Positions 8,242 through 17,128 of a DNA stretch of 64,000 nucleotides are shown here, piece after piece. The stretch's first letter is position 1. The number at the start of each line of letters is the position of its first letter. Below the pieces are notes generated by a model. That model was given only the letters and a program-made list of their open reading frames with translations, was not told the origin of the DNA and ran no database searches. A program made the position numbers and the translations under genes. This DNA comes from Aquabacterium sp. (GTDB taxonomy: Bacteria > Pseudomonadota > Gammaproteobacteria > Burkholderiales > Burkholderiaceae_C), in assembly GCA_044377715.1 (NCBI GenBank), contig JBILYN010000001.1, positions 13,892-77,891 of the forward strand. Reading direction: 5' to 3'.

Positions 8242-10755
8242 CTAAAGCCACAACACCTTGCGCCGCAACTCGAGGTCGCGCGACAGTTCGGCCGACGGAC
8301 CCAGGTAAGTGACCGCGCCGCGCTCCAGCGCGACGGTGCGGTCCGACAGCGCGAGCGCCAGGTCGAGGTGGTGGTCGACGATCAGGATCGCCACCTCGTG
8401 GCGCAGCTTGTCGAAGGCTTCGAACAACTCCTCGACGATGGCCGGTGCCAGACCCTCGAAGGGCTCATCGAGCAGCAGCACGCGGGTGTCACCCGACAGC
8501 GCCCGGGCCACCGCGACCATCTGCTGCTCGCCGCCGGACAGGTAGTCCGCAGGCGAGCGCCAGCGCTGCTTGATGCGCGGGAAGAAGCCGAAGATCTTCT
8601 CCTCTTCCCAGTGGATGCCGGCGTTGTTGCGCCGCTTCAGGCGCCCCAACTCCATGTTCTCGGCCACCGACATGCCAGCAAACAAGCCCCGACCCTGCGG
8701 CACATAGGCCACGCCGCGGCGCGCGATCTCGGCCGATGGGCGGCGCGCCAAGGTTTCGGTCCCCAGCGTGATCTGGCCGCTGGCCGGCGGGCTGATGCCG
8801 ATGATGGTCTTGAGCAGCGTCGACTTGCCCGCGCCGTTGCGCCCGAGCAGCGCAACAATCTCGTTGTCGTGCAGTTCGAAGCTGACGTCGCGCAGGATGT
8901 GGCTCTTGCCGTAGAAGGTGTTCACGCCTTCGACCCTTAGCAGGATGGTGTCGCGCGCTGCGCTCGGTCGCTCGACGGCCGCCAGCGCATGCGAGCCCGC
9001 ACCGATGTAGACCGCTTGCACCTGCGCCGAGTCGCGCGCATCGTCGACGCTGCCGTCGACCAGCACCTCACCGTCGTTCATCACCGTGACACTGTCGGCC
9101 AGCGCAAACACCCGGTCGATGTCATGTTCGACCAGCAGCACCGGCAGGTCGGCCGAAATGCGCTTGATCAGGCTGCCGACGCGTTCGCGCTCGGCCGCTG
9201 CCAGCCCCGCCAGCGGTTCGTCTAGCAGCAGCAAGCGCGGCCGGGTGGCCAGCGCGAGTGCCATGTCGAGCAGGCGTTGGCCGCCATAGGACAGCGACGA
9301 GGCCTGCGCCTGTTCGACGCCGGCCAACCCCATCGTGCGAACCACCTCGGCGGCGTCGCGGTTGACATCGTGCAGTGAGGCCGCATCGGCCCACAGCGCG
9401 AAGCGCTGGGGATGCCTCGCCTGGATCGCCAAGCGCACGTTCTCGGCCACCGACAGGGTCGCGAACAGGTTGGTGATCTGGAACGAGCGGCCGATGCCGG
9501 CTTCGGTCACTTGCTCGGGCGCGAGCCCGGCGATGGCCTGGCCGCCCAGTGTGATCGTGCCGCGGTCGGGCGCGAACAGGCCCGATATCAGGTTGAAGGC
9601 ACTGGTCTTGCCGGCGCCGTTGGGCCCGATCAGCGCATGCAGCTTGCGGTCGCGCAGGCGCAGCGACATGTTCTTGATCGCCTGGATGCCGCCAAAGCTC
9701 TTGGCCAGGCCCGTGGCCACCAGCACCTCCTCGGGGCCGCCTCGCGCCGGCTGCAGGAAGTCGGGCAGCGTCACCAGACCTGGCAGGCGCAGCGCCATCG
9801 CCGCGTCGTCCTCGACCGATTTGCGCCAGCGCGCTGTGGCGCGCTCGTACAAACCGACCAGACCGGTTGGCGAGAAGACGATGAAGGCGACGAACAGCAG
9901 ACCGAAGAAGAGCAACCAGTTCTCGGTCACGCGCGACAGCGAGTCGCGGAAGATCACGAAGAACAGAGCCCCCAGCGCTGGCCCCAGGAAGGACCGCATG
10001 CCGCCGATGATCACCATCGCCAGCAACTCGCCCGAGAACGCGACCGAGATCGGCTCGGCCGAGGTCATGCGGTTGTTGAATGCCAGCAGCATGCCGGCGA
10101 GTCCGGTCAGGCTGGCTGAGGCGACGAATGCGGTGAGCTTGACGCGGTTGGTCGGGTAACCGACGAAGCGCGCGCGCTGCTCGTTCTCCCGAATCGCCAC
10201 CAGCACGGTCCCCAGCGGCGAGCGGTGGAAGCGCCACAGCGCCAGCAGCGCGGCGAAGCTGATCGCCGCGACCATCGCGTAATAGGCTGCAGCGCTGTCA
10301 AACGACAAGCCGCCCAGCGTCGGCCTGACGATGCCGCCCAGACCGTTTTCGCCGCCGGTGAAATCGGTCCAGCGAAACGCCACCGAGTACAACATCGCCG
10401 ACAGCGCGAGCGTGAGCAGCGAGAAATACACGCCGCGCCGACGCAAGATCAGAAAGCCGAAAGCCCAGGCGATGGCCGCGACCAGCGCCAGGCCCAGCGC
10501 TAACGGGACGAAGAAAGCGCCTGGGAACAGGTCGCGCTGGACCATTGCCGCCGCATAGGCCGCCAGCCCGAACCAGGCCCCGTGGCCAAAGGAGGTCAGG
10601 CCGGAATAGCCGACCAGGATGTTCAGGCCCATGCAGGCCAGCGCGAAGATCACCACCTCGGTGGCCGATGTCACGCCCAGGCCCAGCAGTGACAGCGCGA
10701 AAGGCAGCAGCAGCAGCGCCAGCGCGGCAACGAGGAGGTCGCGTTTCTGAGGCAT
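8242..10755 (-). CDS. Fused branched-chain-type ABC transporter permease (LivM) + two ATPase domains (LivG + LivF)
   Basis: 837 aa from MPQKRDLL. Permease motifs GLTSFGHGAWFG, GGENG, AIRENEQRA, IIGGMRS; two Walker A motifs (GPNGAGKT, GRNGAGKS) and two Walker B motifs (LLLDEP). Confidence 0.92.
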   Translation of the reverse strand: MPQKRDLLVAALALLLLPFALSLLGLGVTSATEVVIFALACMGLNILVGYSGLTSFGHGAWFGLAAYAAAMVQRDLFPGAFFVPLALGLALVAAIAWAFGFLILRRRGVYFSLLTLALSAMLYSVAFRWTDFTGGENGLGGIVRPTLGGLSFDSAAAYYAMVAAISFAALLALWRFHRSPLGTVLVAIRENEQRARFVGYPTNRVKLTAFVASASLTGLAGMLLAFNNRMTSAEPISVAFSGELLAMVIIGGMRSFLGPALGALFFVIFRDSLSRVTENWLLFFGLLFVAFIVFSPTGLVGLYERATARWRKSVEDDAAMALRLPGLVTLPDFLQPARGGPEEVLVATGLAKSFGGIQAIKNMSLRLRDRKLHALIGPNGAGKTSAFNLISGLFAPDRGTITLGGQAIAGLAPEQVTEAGIGRSFQITNLFATLSVAENVRLAIQARHPQRFALWADAASLHDVNRDAAEVVRTMGLAGVEQAQASSLSYGGQRLLDMALALATRPRLLLLDEPLAGLAAAERERVGSLIKRISADLPVLLVEHDIDRVFALADSVTVMNDGEVLVDGSVDDARDSAQVQAVYIGAGSHALAAVERPSAARDTILLRVEGVNTFYGKSHILRDVSFELHDNEIVALLGRNGAGKSTLLKTIIGISPPASGQITLGTETLARRPSAEIARRGVAYVPQGRGLFAGMSVAENMELGRLKRRNNAGIHWEEEKIFGFFPRIKQRWRSPADYLSGGEQQMVAVARALSGDTRVLLLDEPFEGLAPAIVEELFEAFDKLRHEVAILIVDHHLDLALALSDRTVALERGAVTYLGPSAELSRDLELRRKVLWL

Positions 10756-10757
10756 GG

Positions 10758-11627
10758 CTACTCGAAGCGCTGGATGCGGTCGCCGAACAGGCCGCGTGGG
10801 CGCACCAGCAGCACCAGCAGCATCAGCAGGTAGATCGCGGCCTCGGAGTACTGCGAATAGCCCAGTGCCGTGACCACGCCTTTGGTCAGTCCCACGACCA
10901 GCGCGGCCAGCACCACGCCCCAGAACGAACCCAGGCCACCGATCACGACCACCACAAAGGCCGAGGTGATGATCTCGGCGCCCATCGCCGGGTGGATCGC
11001 GAAGATGGGCGCCAACATCACGCCCGCCAACCCGGCCAGGCCCACGCCCAGGAAAGCGATCGCCGCCATATAGGGTTCGAGCGAGATGCCCAGCGCCCCC
11101 ACCATGTCGGGGTTCTGCACGCCGGCCCGTACCACCCGGCCGAACGGCGTTCGCTGCAGCAGGTACCACAGTGCGGCAACACAGCCCGCAGCGACCATCA
11201 GCAGCAGCATGCGGTAGCGCGGGTAGACGAAGTCGCCGATGAAGATCTGGCCGCGCAGTTCCTGCGGTATCGACCACGCCAGCGGCGGCGCGCCGTAGAC
11301 CATGCGCAGCGTCTGCTCGGCGACCATCGCCAGGCCGAAGGTCAGCAGCAAGGACAGCGCCGGGTCTGCTTTGTAGAAGCGTCGAAACAGCAGCCGCTCG
11401 ACCAGCACGCCCAAGCCGCCGACCGCCAGCGGCGACAGCAGCACCGCACCGGTGAACCCGAGCGACTGCCCAATGCTCACGGCTAGGTAAGCGCCTATCG
11501 CGTAGAACGCACCGTGCGCCAGGTTGACGATGCCGCCGAGCGAGAAGATCAGCGACAGGCCGAGGGCTATCAGCAGGTAATAGGCCCCGGCCAGCAGACC
11601 GTTGAGCAGTTGTTGGATGAACAGCAC
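10758..11627 (-). CDS. Branched-chain-type ABC permease (LivH)
   Basis: QQLLNGLLAGAYYLLIALGLSLIF, VNLAHG, FVVVVIGGLGS, RPRGLFG; GTG start. Confidence 0.92.
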   Translation of the reverse strand: MLFIQQLLNGLLAGAYYLLIALGLSLIFSLGGIVNLAHGAFYAIGAYLAVSIGQSLGFTGAVLLSPLAVGGLGVLVERLLFRRFYKADPALSLLLTFGLAMVAEQTLRMVYGAPPLAWSIPQELRGQIFIGDFVYPRYRMLLLMVAAGCVAALWYLLQRTPFGRVVRAGVQNPDMVGALGISLEPYMAAIAFLGVGLAGLAGVMLAPIFAIHPAMGAEIITSAFVVVVIGGLGSFWGVVLAALVVGLTKGVVTALGYSQYSEAAIYLLMLLVLLVRPRGLFGDRIQRFE

Positions 11628-11659
11628 TTGGCGGGCGGGCGCGGGGTCAGGCTGTCATG

Positions 11660-11685
11660 GCAAAGGCCGAGGGGTCGGCCTTTGC
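11660..11685. other. Stem-loop just downstream of the binding-protein gene (likely mRNA stabiliser or attenuator)
   Basis: GCAAAGGCCGA-GGGG-TCGGCCTTTGC is an 11-bp perfect stem with no U-tract, between the SBP and livH genes. Confidence 0.6.
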
Positions 11686-11690
11686 GCTGT

Positions 11691-12935
11691 TCAGCTCATC
11701 TTGCACTCGGCTTCTTCCGCCGTGGTTGCAATCACCTCCAGCGATTCGTTGGCCGCGGGCACTGGCGCCGATGAGCGGAAGATGTCGTAGTTGTTCTTGA
11801 TCTCCGAGACCGGCAGCGCCTGCACCGTGTACATCTCGTGCATCATCTGATGGTCCGACTTGCGGAAGTAGCCCTCACGCGTCTTCATCAGGCCGAACTT
11901 CGCGCCTTTTTCGAAGTGCTCGACGAGTTTGATCGAGTCGGTCGACTTGGTCTCTATCATCGCCTGCGCGGTGAGCTTGATCGCGTTGTAGTCGCCCCAG
12001 GCCTGGTTTTCCGGGGGACGACCGTAGCGTTTGGTGAAGTCGGCGACAAACTTCTTGGTCGCCGGCGTGTCGATCAGGTGGTGCCACACCACCGGCCAGG
12101 TACCTAGGAAGTTGCCTCGACCCGCCGCCCAGGCCAGCGCGGTGTCGAAGCCGAAGCCGGCCACCGGAAATGCCAGGCCGAACTCCGAGTACTGCTTGAG
12201 GAAACTCGTGACTTGGTTGCCTGCCAAGTTGCAGATCACCAGGTCGGGCTTGGCGTTGCGGATTTCGAGCAGCAGCGGCGACAAGTCGGTCGCATCGGTG
12301 GGGACCAGTTTGTCGGCCGCGAAGTCGCCGCCGTTGGCTGTCATGAAGCGCTTGGAGACACGCAGCAAGTCGTGGCCGAATGCGTAGTCGGCGGTCAGCG
12401 AAAACCACTTCTTGCCCTTGACCAGTCCTTGCGCCATCAGCGAGCGTCCGCAGGTCTTGACGTACATCGAGTTCTGGCTCTCGATGTGGAACATGAATTT
12501 CTTGCAGCTCTTGCCGCGCAATTCGTCGGAGTTCGCGCCAGTGTTGATGAACAGCGTGCGGGTGCGTTCGGCGACCTGGCTGATCGTCAGCGCCGAAGCC
12601 GACGAGATCTCGCCGATGATGCACGACACCTTGTCACGCTCGATCATGCGCTCGGCCTTGGTCGACGCGGTCTGTGGGTTGACCGAGTCTTCCTTGAGCA
12701 GTTCGACTTTGCGGCCGTTGATGCCGCCGGCCGCATTGATCTCGGCCACCGCCATATCAGCGGCTTGCACCGCGTACTCACCCAGCGGGCCGAGGAAACC
12801 GGTTCGCGGTGTCAGGTGGCCAATCCGGATCACATCGGATTGGCCGCGCGACAGTGCGGGAAATCCGAGTATCGCGGCGCCGGCGGTTGCGCTGACCAGC
12901 AGATTGCGGCGACCGGTGTCGGTGGTTTCGCTCAT
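11691..12935 (-). CDS. Branched-chain-type ABC substrate-binding protein with probable Tat signal
   Basis: MSETTDTGRRNLL (twin-Arg), IRIGHLTPRTG, EINAAGGINGRKVELLKED, DYAFGHD. Confidence 0.9.
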   Translation of the reverse strand: MSETTDTGRRNLLVSATAGAAILGFPALSRGQSDVIRIGHLTPRTGFLGPLGEYAVQAADMAVAEINAAGGINGRKVELLKEDSVNPQTASTKAERMIERDKVSCIIGEISSASALTISQVAERTRTLFINTGANSDELRGKSCKKFMFHIESQNSMYVKTCGRSLMAQGLVKGKKWFSLTADYAFGHDLLRVSKRFMTANGGDFAADKLVPTDATDLSPLLLEIRNAKPDLVICNLAGNQVTSFLKQYSEFGLAFPVAGFGFDTALAWAAGRGNFLGTWPVVWHHLIDTPATKKFVADFTKRYGRPPENQAWGDYNAIKLTAQAMIETKSTDSIKLVEHFEKGAKFGLMKTREGYFRKSDHQMMHEMYTVQALPVSEIKNNYDIFRSSAPVPAANESLEVIATTAEEAECKMS

Positions 12936-13256
12936 GACTTGTCTCCTTGGGCCTGTGATGGGTAGCATCGACCGTGGCAGCGTTGGGCTAGAGGTAGCTG
13001 CAGTTGCGCTGGTCTGGCCGTGCTTTTCAAATGTTGTGGTCTATGTCATCCTGTATCAGATCGCCTGGCTTGTCCAGAGAGGGTCTTCACCGAGTGCACG
13101 CCGAACATGGTCTCGGTTGGCAATCCCAAGGTTCGCATATGGCGCCGGCTAATGGGTTAGGTGCTGAGTCGATTGACGGCTCTCAAGCTTCGATCGACGC
13201 GTCGTAGCCCAATGACTTGCCAAGCCACTTTCATACCGGCTTGCCAAGGAGAAACC

Positions 13257-13781
13257 ATGAAGATTGCAAGCATTTGCCAGCGCCGCATCGTCACCATCGA
13301 CCACGCCAGCAGCCTGGTCCAGGCTGCTGGGTTGATGCGCGAACACCATGTGGGCGCGCTGGTCGTCACCACCGAGTCATCCGAGGGGCCGCGGGTCACG
13401 GGGGTGGTCACCGACCGTGACCTGGTGATAGATGTGTTAGCACGCGGTCTGGCGGGCACAGCGGTGGCCATCGGTGATCTGGCGAGTCACCGTATCGCCA
13501 GCGTTTCAGAAGATGATGACCTCGACCAGGCGATCGCGGCGATGCAGGAAAGCGGGGTTCGCCGCTTGTTGGTCGTCGATGGCGAGCGGCGGCTCACCGG
13601 GATCGTCTCACTCGACGACCTGACGGCGGCATGCGCCAGGCAGGTCGCCGGCCTGTCTGAGGTGATCCGCAGCGGTATCGACCGCGAGTCGGCCGAGACC
13701 TCGCCCTTGCCGACGCCAGTCCAACCGATGCTGCGGATTCCGGCCATGGGCACATTGGCCTGGGGTCCGGCGTCAACCTGA
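13257..13781 (+). CDS. CBS-pair domain protein
   Basis: AAGLMREHHVGALVV..GVVTDRDL and MQESGVRRLLVVD..GIVSLDDL; RBS AAGGAG. Confidence 0.9.
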   Translation: MKIASICQRRIVTIDHASSLVQAAGLMREHHVGALVVTTESSEGPRVTGVVTDRDLVIDVLARGLAGTAVAIGDLASHRIASVSEDDDLDQAIAAMQESGVRRLLVVDGERRLTGIVSLDDLTAACARQVAGLSEVIRSGIDRESAETSPLPTPVQPMLRIPAMGTLAWGPAST

Positions 13782-13804
13782 ATCTGCCCGTCACCCACGC
13801 GTCC

Positions 13805-14767
13805 ATGCTGCTGTTCTCGATCGACCCTGAATGCAGTTTTGCGTCGGCGCTCGCCGACGCGCTGGACGAATCGCTGTCGCCGCACGAGGATCGCAGCTTC
13901 GAGGATGGCGAGCACAAGCTGCGGCCGCTGGTCGACCCGCGCGGCGCCGATGTCTATGTGCTGGCCAGCCTGCACGGCAGCCCGCGCTTCAGCCCGCACG
14001 ACCGCTTGTGCCGATTGCTGATGTTCGTCGCGACCTTGCGCGATCACGGCGCGGCCCGCGTGACCGCGCTGGTGCCCTATATGGCCTACGGCCGCAAAGA
14101 CCGCCAGACCCAGCCCTTCGATCCTGTGGCGCCGCGCTACCTGGCGCAGTGGTTCGAGGCCGTCGGGGTAGACCAATTGGTCGTGCTCGAGGCGCACAAC
14201 CTGGCCGCCTTCCAGAACGCTTTCCGTTGCCCGACGCTGCACTTGGCGGGGCATCGGGTCTTCGATACCGCCGTGTCGGCATGGGTCGGCGACCGACCTC
14301 TGGCGGTCGCCTCGCCCGATCCGGGTGGCGTCAAGCGCGCCCAGCTGTGGCGTGAGTCGCTGGCGCAGCGCCTGGCACGCCCGGTTGGTTTTGCGATGGT
14401 CGACAAGCGCCGCAGCGCCGGGCAGCTCAGCAGCCGCGGTCTGGTCGCCGGCGAGGTCGAGGGCATGACCGTGCTGTTGATCGATGACTTGATCGCCAGT
14501 GGTCAGACCTTGCGGCAAGCCGCGCAAGCCCTGCGCCAGGTCGGCGCACGCGAGGTGATCGGCTGCGCAACGCATGGCTTGTTCACCGGTCAGGCTGCCG
14601 AGGCGCTGGTCGACCCGGCGCTGTCTCGGGTGCTGGTGACCGACAGTGTGCCTAGCTTTCGGCTAGCACCCGATGCGCCGGTCCGCAGCAAGCTGCAGGT
14701 CGTTCCGGTGCTGGGTTTGTTCGCGCAGGTGGTCAGGGATTGCCGCGACTCGTGGTCAAGACGCTAG
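13805..14767 (+). CDS. prs: Ribose-phosphate pyrophosphokinase, accessory paralog
   Basis: FEDGE, VPYMAYGRKDR, VASPDPGGVKRA, VDKRR, LIDDLIASGQTL, ATHGLF. Diverges from housekeeping Prs (LEAHN in place of DLH). Confidence 0.8.
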   Translation: MLLFSIDPECSFASALADALDESLSPHEDRSFEDGEHKLRPLVDPRGADVYVLASLHGSPRFSPHDRLCRLLMFVATLRDHGAARVTALVPYMAYGRKDRQTQPFDPVAPRYLAQWFEAVGVDQLVVLEAHNLAAFQNAFRCPTLHLAGHRVFDTAVSAWVGDRPLAVASPDPGGVKRAQLWRESLAQRLARPVGFAMVDKRRSAGQLSSRGLVAGEVEGMTVLLIDDLIASGQTLRQAAQALRQVGAREVIGCATHGLFTGQAAEALVDPALSRVLVTDSVPSFRLAPDAPVRSKLQVVPVLGLFAQVVRDCRDSWSRR

Positions 14768-15270
14768 CGTCCTGGTGAGGCCTGCCAGCCGGTGCGCTGG
14801 CTGACGAAATCCACGATGTGCTCGATCGCCCGCCCCGACTCGGGCAGGAATGGCGTGACCTGGAACACATGCGGGGTTTCGGGCCAGATCGACCTCGACA
14901 TCGACACCTGCGGCATGGGCTTTGTGCGCGACGCGAACCGCTTCGTCGCGCAGCAACTCGGAGCTACCGGCCTGCAGCAACAGCGGCGGGAAGCCGATGA
15001 AATCGGCAAACAGCGGCGACACCTCGGGGTGGGTGTAGAGCGCAGGCGATGGCACATAGTGTCCTCTCAGCACCAACAGGTTGCTCAGTCGCAGCACCGG
15101 GTCGCTGTGCTGGTTGTCGACCATGCTCGGGCTGCTGAGCGCCCCAAGGCCGGCCGAAGCCGGCCGCCCCCCGTGGGGATCAAGCAAAGTGGCAAAGCCA
15201 CATTTGCTGGAGAGGGTGCAGTCCACCGCCGGTGACGGAGCACCGCGCAGGCCGGCATCGGCTCGCCGCG
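14764..15270 (-). pseudogene. C-terminal remnant of an HSL-family alpha/beta hydrolase (esterase), two frameshifts plus an in-frame 75-nt insertion
   Basis: Reconstructed as RGEPMPACAVL/SPAVDCT[insert]LSSPSMVDNQHSDPVL..VSPLFADFIGFPPLLLQAGSSELLRDE..AGVDVEV/IWPETPHVFQ. The HGGG and GDSAG motifs are absent. Confidence 0.8.
15140..15214 (+). repeat. 75-nt triple-hairpin dispersed element, copy 2 (inside the esterase remnant)
   Basis: CGCCCCAAGGCCGGCCGAAGCCGGCCGCCCCCCGTGGGGATCAAGCAAAGTGGCAAAGCCACATTTGCTGGAGAG. Confidence 0.95.
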
Positions 15271-15297
15271 CCCCGCTGATCAACGCCCAGGCGTCGA

Positions 15298-16596
15298 TCA
15301 GCCCATCTGCCGTGGCAACCAGGTGACGATGCCCGGAAAGAACCAGATCAGCGCGACAGCGGCGATCATCAGGAAGAAGAACGGCAGCGTGGCGCGGGCG
15401 ATCCAGCCGATCTCACGCCGCGTCATGCCTTGCAGCACGAACAGGTTGAAGCCCACCGGCGGCGTGATTTGCGCCATTTCGACCACCAGCACGATGAAGA
15501 TGCCGAACCACAGCAGGTCGATGCCGGCTTTCTGCACGGTTGGCAGGATCACGCCCATCGTCAGCACGACCATCGAGATGCCATCGAGGAAGCAGCCCAG
15601 CACGATGTAGAACAGCATCAGCGCGGTCAGCAGCGCGACCGGCGACAGGCTCAACGAGCCTATCCACTCGGCCAGGTGCCGGGGCAGGCCGATGTAGCCC
15701 ATCGCCAATGTCAGAAAGCTCGCGCCGGTCAGGATCAGCGCGATCATGCAGTACAGCCGGGTGCCGCCCATCAGCGATTGCTTGAAGCTGTCCCAGTTCA
15801 GCGAGCCTTGCAGCGCCGACAGCACCAGCGAGCCGAGCACACCCACTGCCGCGGCCTCGGTGGCGGTGGCCACGCCCGAGTAGATCGAACCCAGCACGGC
15901 GCCTATCAAACCGACAACCGGGATCAGGTGACGCGACTCGAACAGCTTTTGCTTGAAGCTCATCGGTGCGTCGGCAGGCGGCACGCGCCCAGGGTTGAGC
16001 AGGGCCCAGACCACCAGGTAGCCCGAGAACAGCGTGGCGAGCATCACGCCGGGCAGCACGCCGGCCATGAACAGCTTGGCGATCGACACGTCGGCGCTGA
16101 CCCCGTAGACGATCATGATGATCGACGGCGGGATCAACAGCCCCAAGGTGCCGGCGCCTGCCAGCGAGCCGATCGAGATGTCGTCGGGGTAACCACGCCG
16201 CTTCAACTCGGGCAAGGTCATCTTGCCGATGGTCGCGCAAGTCGCCGCGCTAGATCCCGACACCGCCGCGAAGATGGCGCAGCCGATCACGTTGGTGTGT
16301 AGCAGTCTGCCGGGCAGGGCTTGGACCCAGGGCGACAGGCCCCGGAACATGTCGTTGGACAAGCGGGTGCGGAACAAAATCTCGCCCATCCAGATGAACA
16401 GCGGCAGCGCGGTCAGGGTCCAGCTTGACGACGAGCCCCAGATGGTGACGGCCATCGCGTCACCCGCGGGCCGGCTGGAAAACAACTCCATGCCGATCCA
16501 TGCCACACCCGACAATGCCAGGCCGATCCAGACGCCGCTGCCCAGTATCGCGAACAGGGCTGCGATCAGCAGCGTGGTGATCAGCAGGTCGTTCAT
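15298..16596 (-). CDS. dctM: TRAP transporter large permease
   Basis: LTALPLFIWMGEIL, FAAVSGSSAAT, GTLGLLIPPSI, ITPPVGFNLFV. Confidence 0.93.
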   Translation of the reverse strand: MNDLLITTLLIAALFAILGSGVWIGLALSGVAWIGMELFSSRPAGDAMAVTIWGSSSSWTLTALPLFIWMGEILFRTRLSNDMFRGLSPWVQALPGRLLHTNVIGCAIFAAVSGSSAATCATIGKMTLPELKRRGYPDDISIGSLAGAGTLGLLIPPSIIMIVYGVSADVSIAKLFMAGVLPGVMLATLFSGYLVVWALLNPGRVPPADAPMSFKQKLFESRHLIPVVGLIGAVLGSIYSGVATATEAAAVGVLGSLVLSALQGSLNWDSFKQSLMGGTRLYCMIALILTGASFLTLAMGYIGLPRHLAEWIGSLSLSPVALLTALMLFYIVLGCFLDGISMVVLTMGVILPTVQKAGIDLLWFGIFIVLVVEMAQITPPVGFNLFVLQGMTRREIGWIARATLPFFFLMIAAVALIWFFPGIVTWLPRQMG

Positions 16597-16603
16597 GGCG
16601 GTT

Positions 16604-17128
16604 TCATTCGTTGTGCAGCATCTCGTCGCTGACGGGCGCGACGCGCAGTCCGCGCCACTCCAGCACCAACTCGTCGAGCAGTGCCAGCAGCAGGATCAGC
16701 GTGCCGGCGGCCATCGCGATCTGCGGCAGCCACAGCGGCGTGGCGTCGTTGCCGGTCGAAATGTCGTTGAAGCTGTGCGATTGCCAGGCCAGCCGAACGC
16801 TGTAGTACGCCAGCAGCGCGGCCAGTGCCGACGCGCCGGTCAGCGCCCACAGTTCGAGCGCGTGCTTGGCGCGGCCTTTCAGCGCGCCTAGCAGCAAGGT
16901 CACGCGGATGTGCTCACCGCGCTTGAGCGTGTGGGCCAGCGCCAGAAAGCCCGCGCCCGCCATCAGGTAGCCGGCGTAAGCGTCGGTGCCCGGCACGTGA
17001 AAGTGCAGCAAGCGGCCGACGATGCCCAGCATCACCATCACCAGCAGCGCCACCATGCACAGCGCGGCCAGCGCCGCTGCGCCGTCGAACAAGGCGTCTA
17101 GGGCGCGCCGGACGGCAGGGGTGGTCAC
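16604..17128 (-). CDS. dctQ: TRAP transporter small permease
   Basis: 174 aa, about 4 TM segments, GEHIRVTLL; lies between dctP and dctM. Confidence 0.9.
   Translation of the reverse strand: MTTPAVRRALDALFDGAAALAALCMVALLVMVMLGIVGRLLHFHVPGTDAYAGYLMAGAGFLALAHTLKRGEHIRVTLLLGALKGRAKHALELWALTGASALAALLAYYSVRLAWQSHSFNDISTGNDATPLWLPQIAMAAGTLILLLALLDELVLEWRGLRVAPVSDEMLHNE

Noticed and set aside
8242-11277. 1011-aa version of the ABC fusion
   Set aside because: The first 174 aa overlap livH in another frame and have no homology; the plausible start is ATG 10755, 2 nt after the livH stop.
13180-13188. CTCTCAAGC (and GCTTGAGCG at 6030-6038) matching the element end
   Set aside because: Only 9 nt match with no adjoining element sequence; expected by chance.
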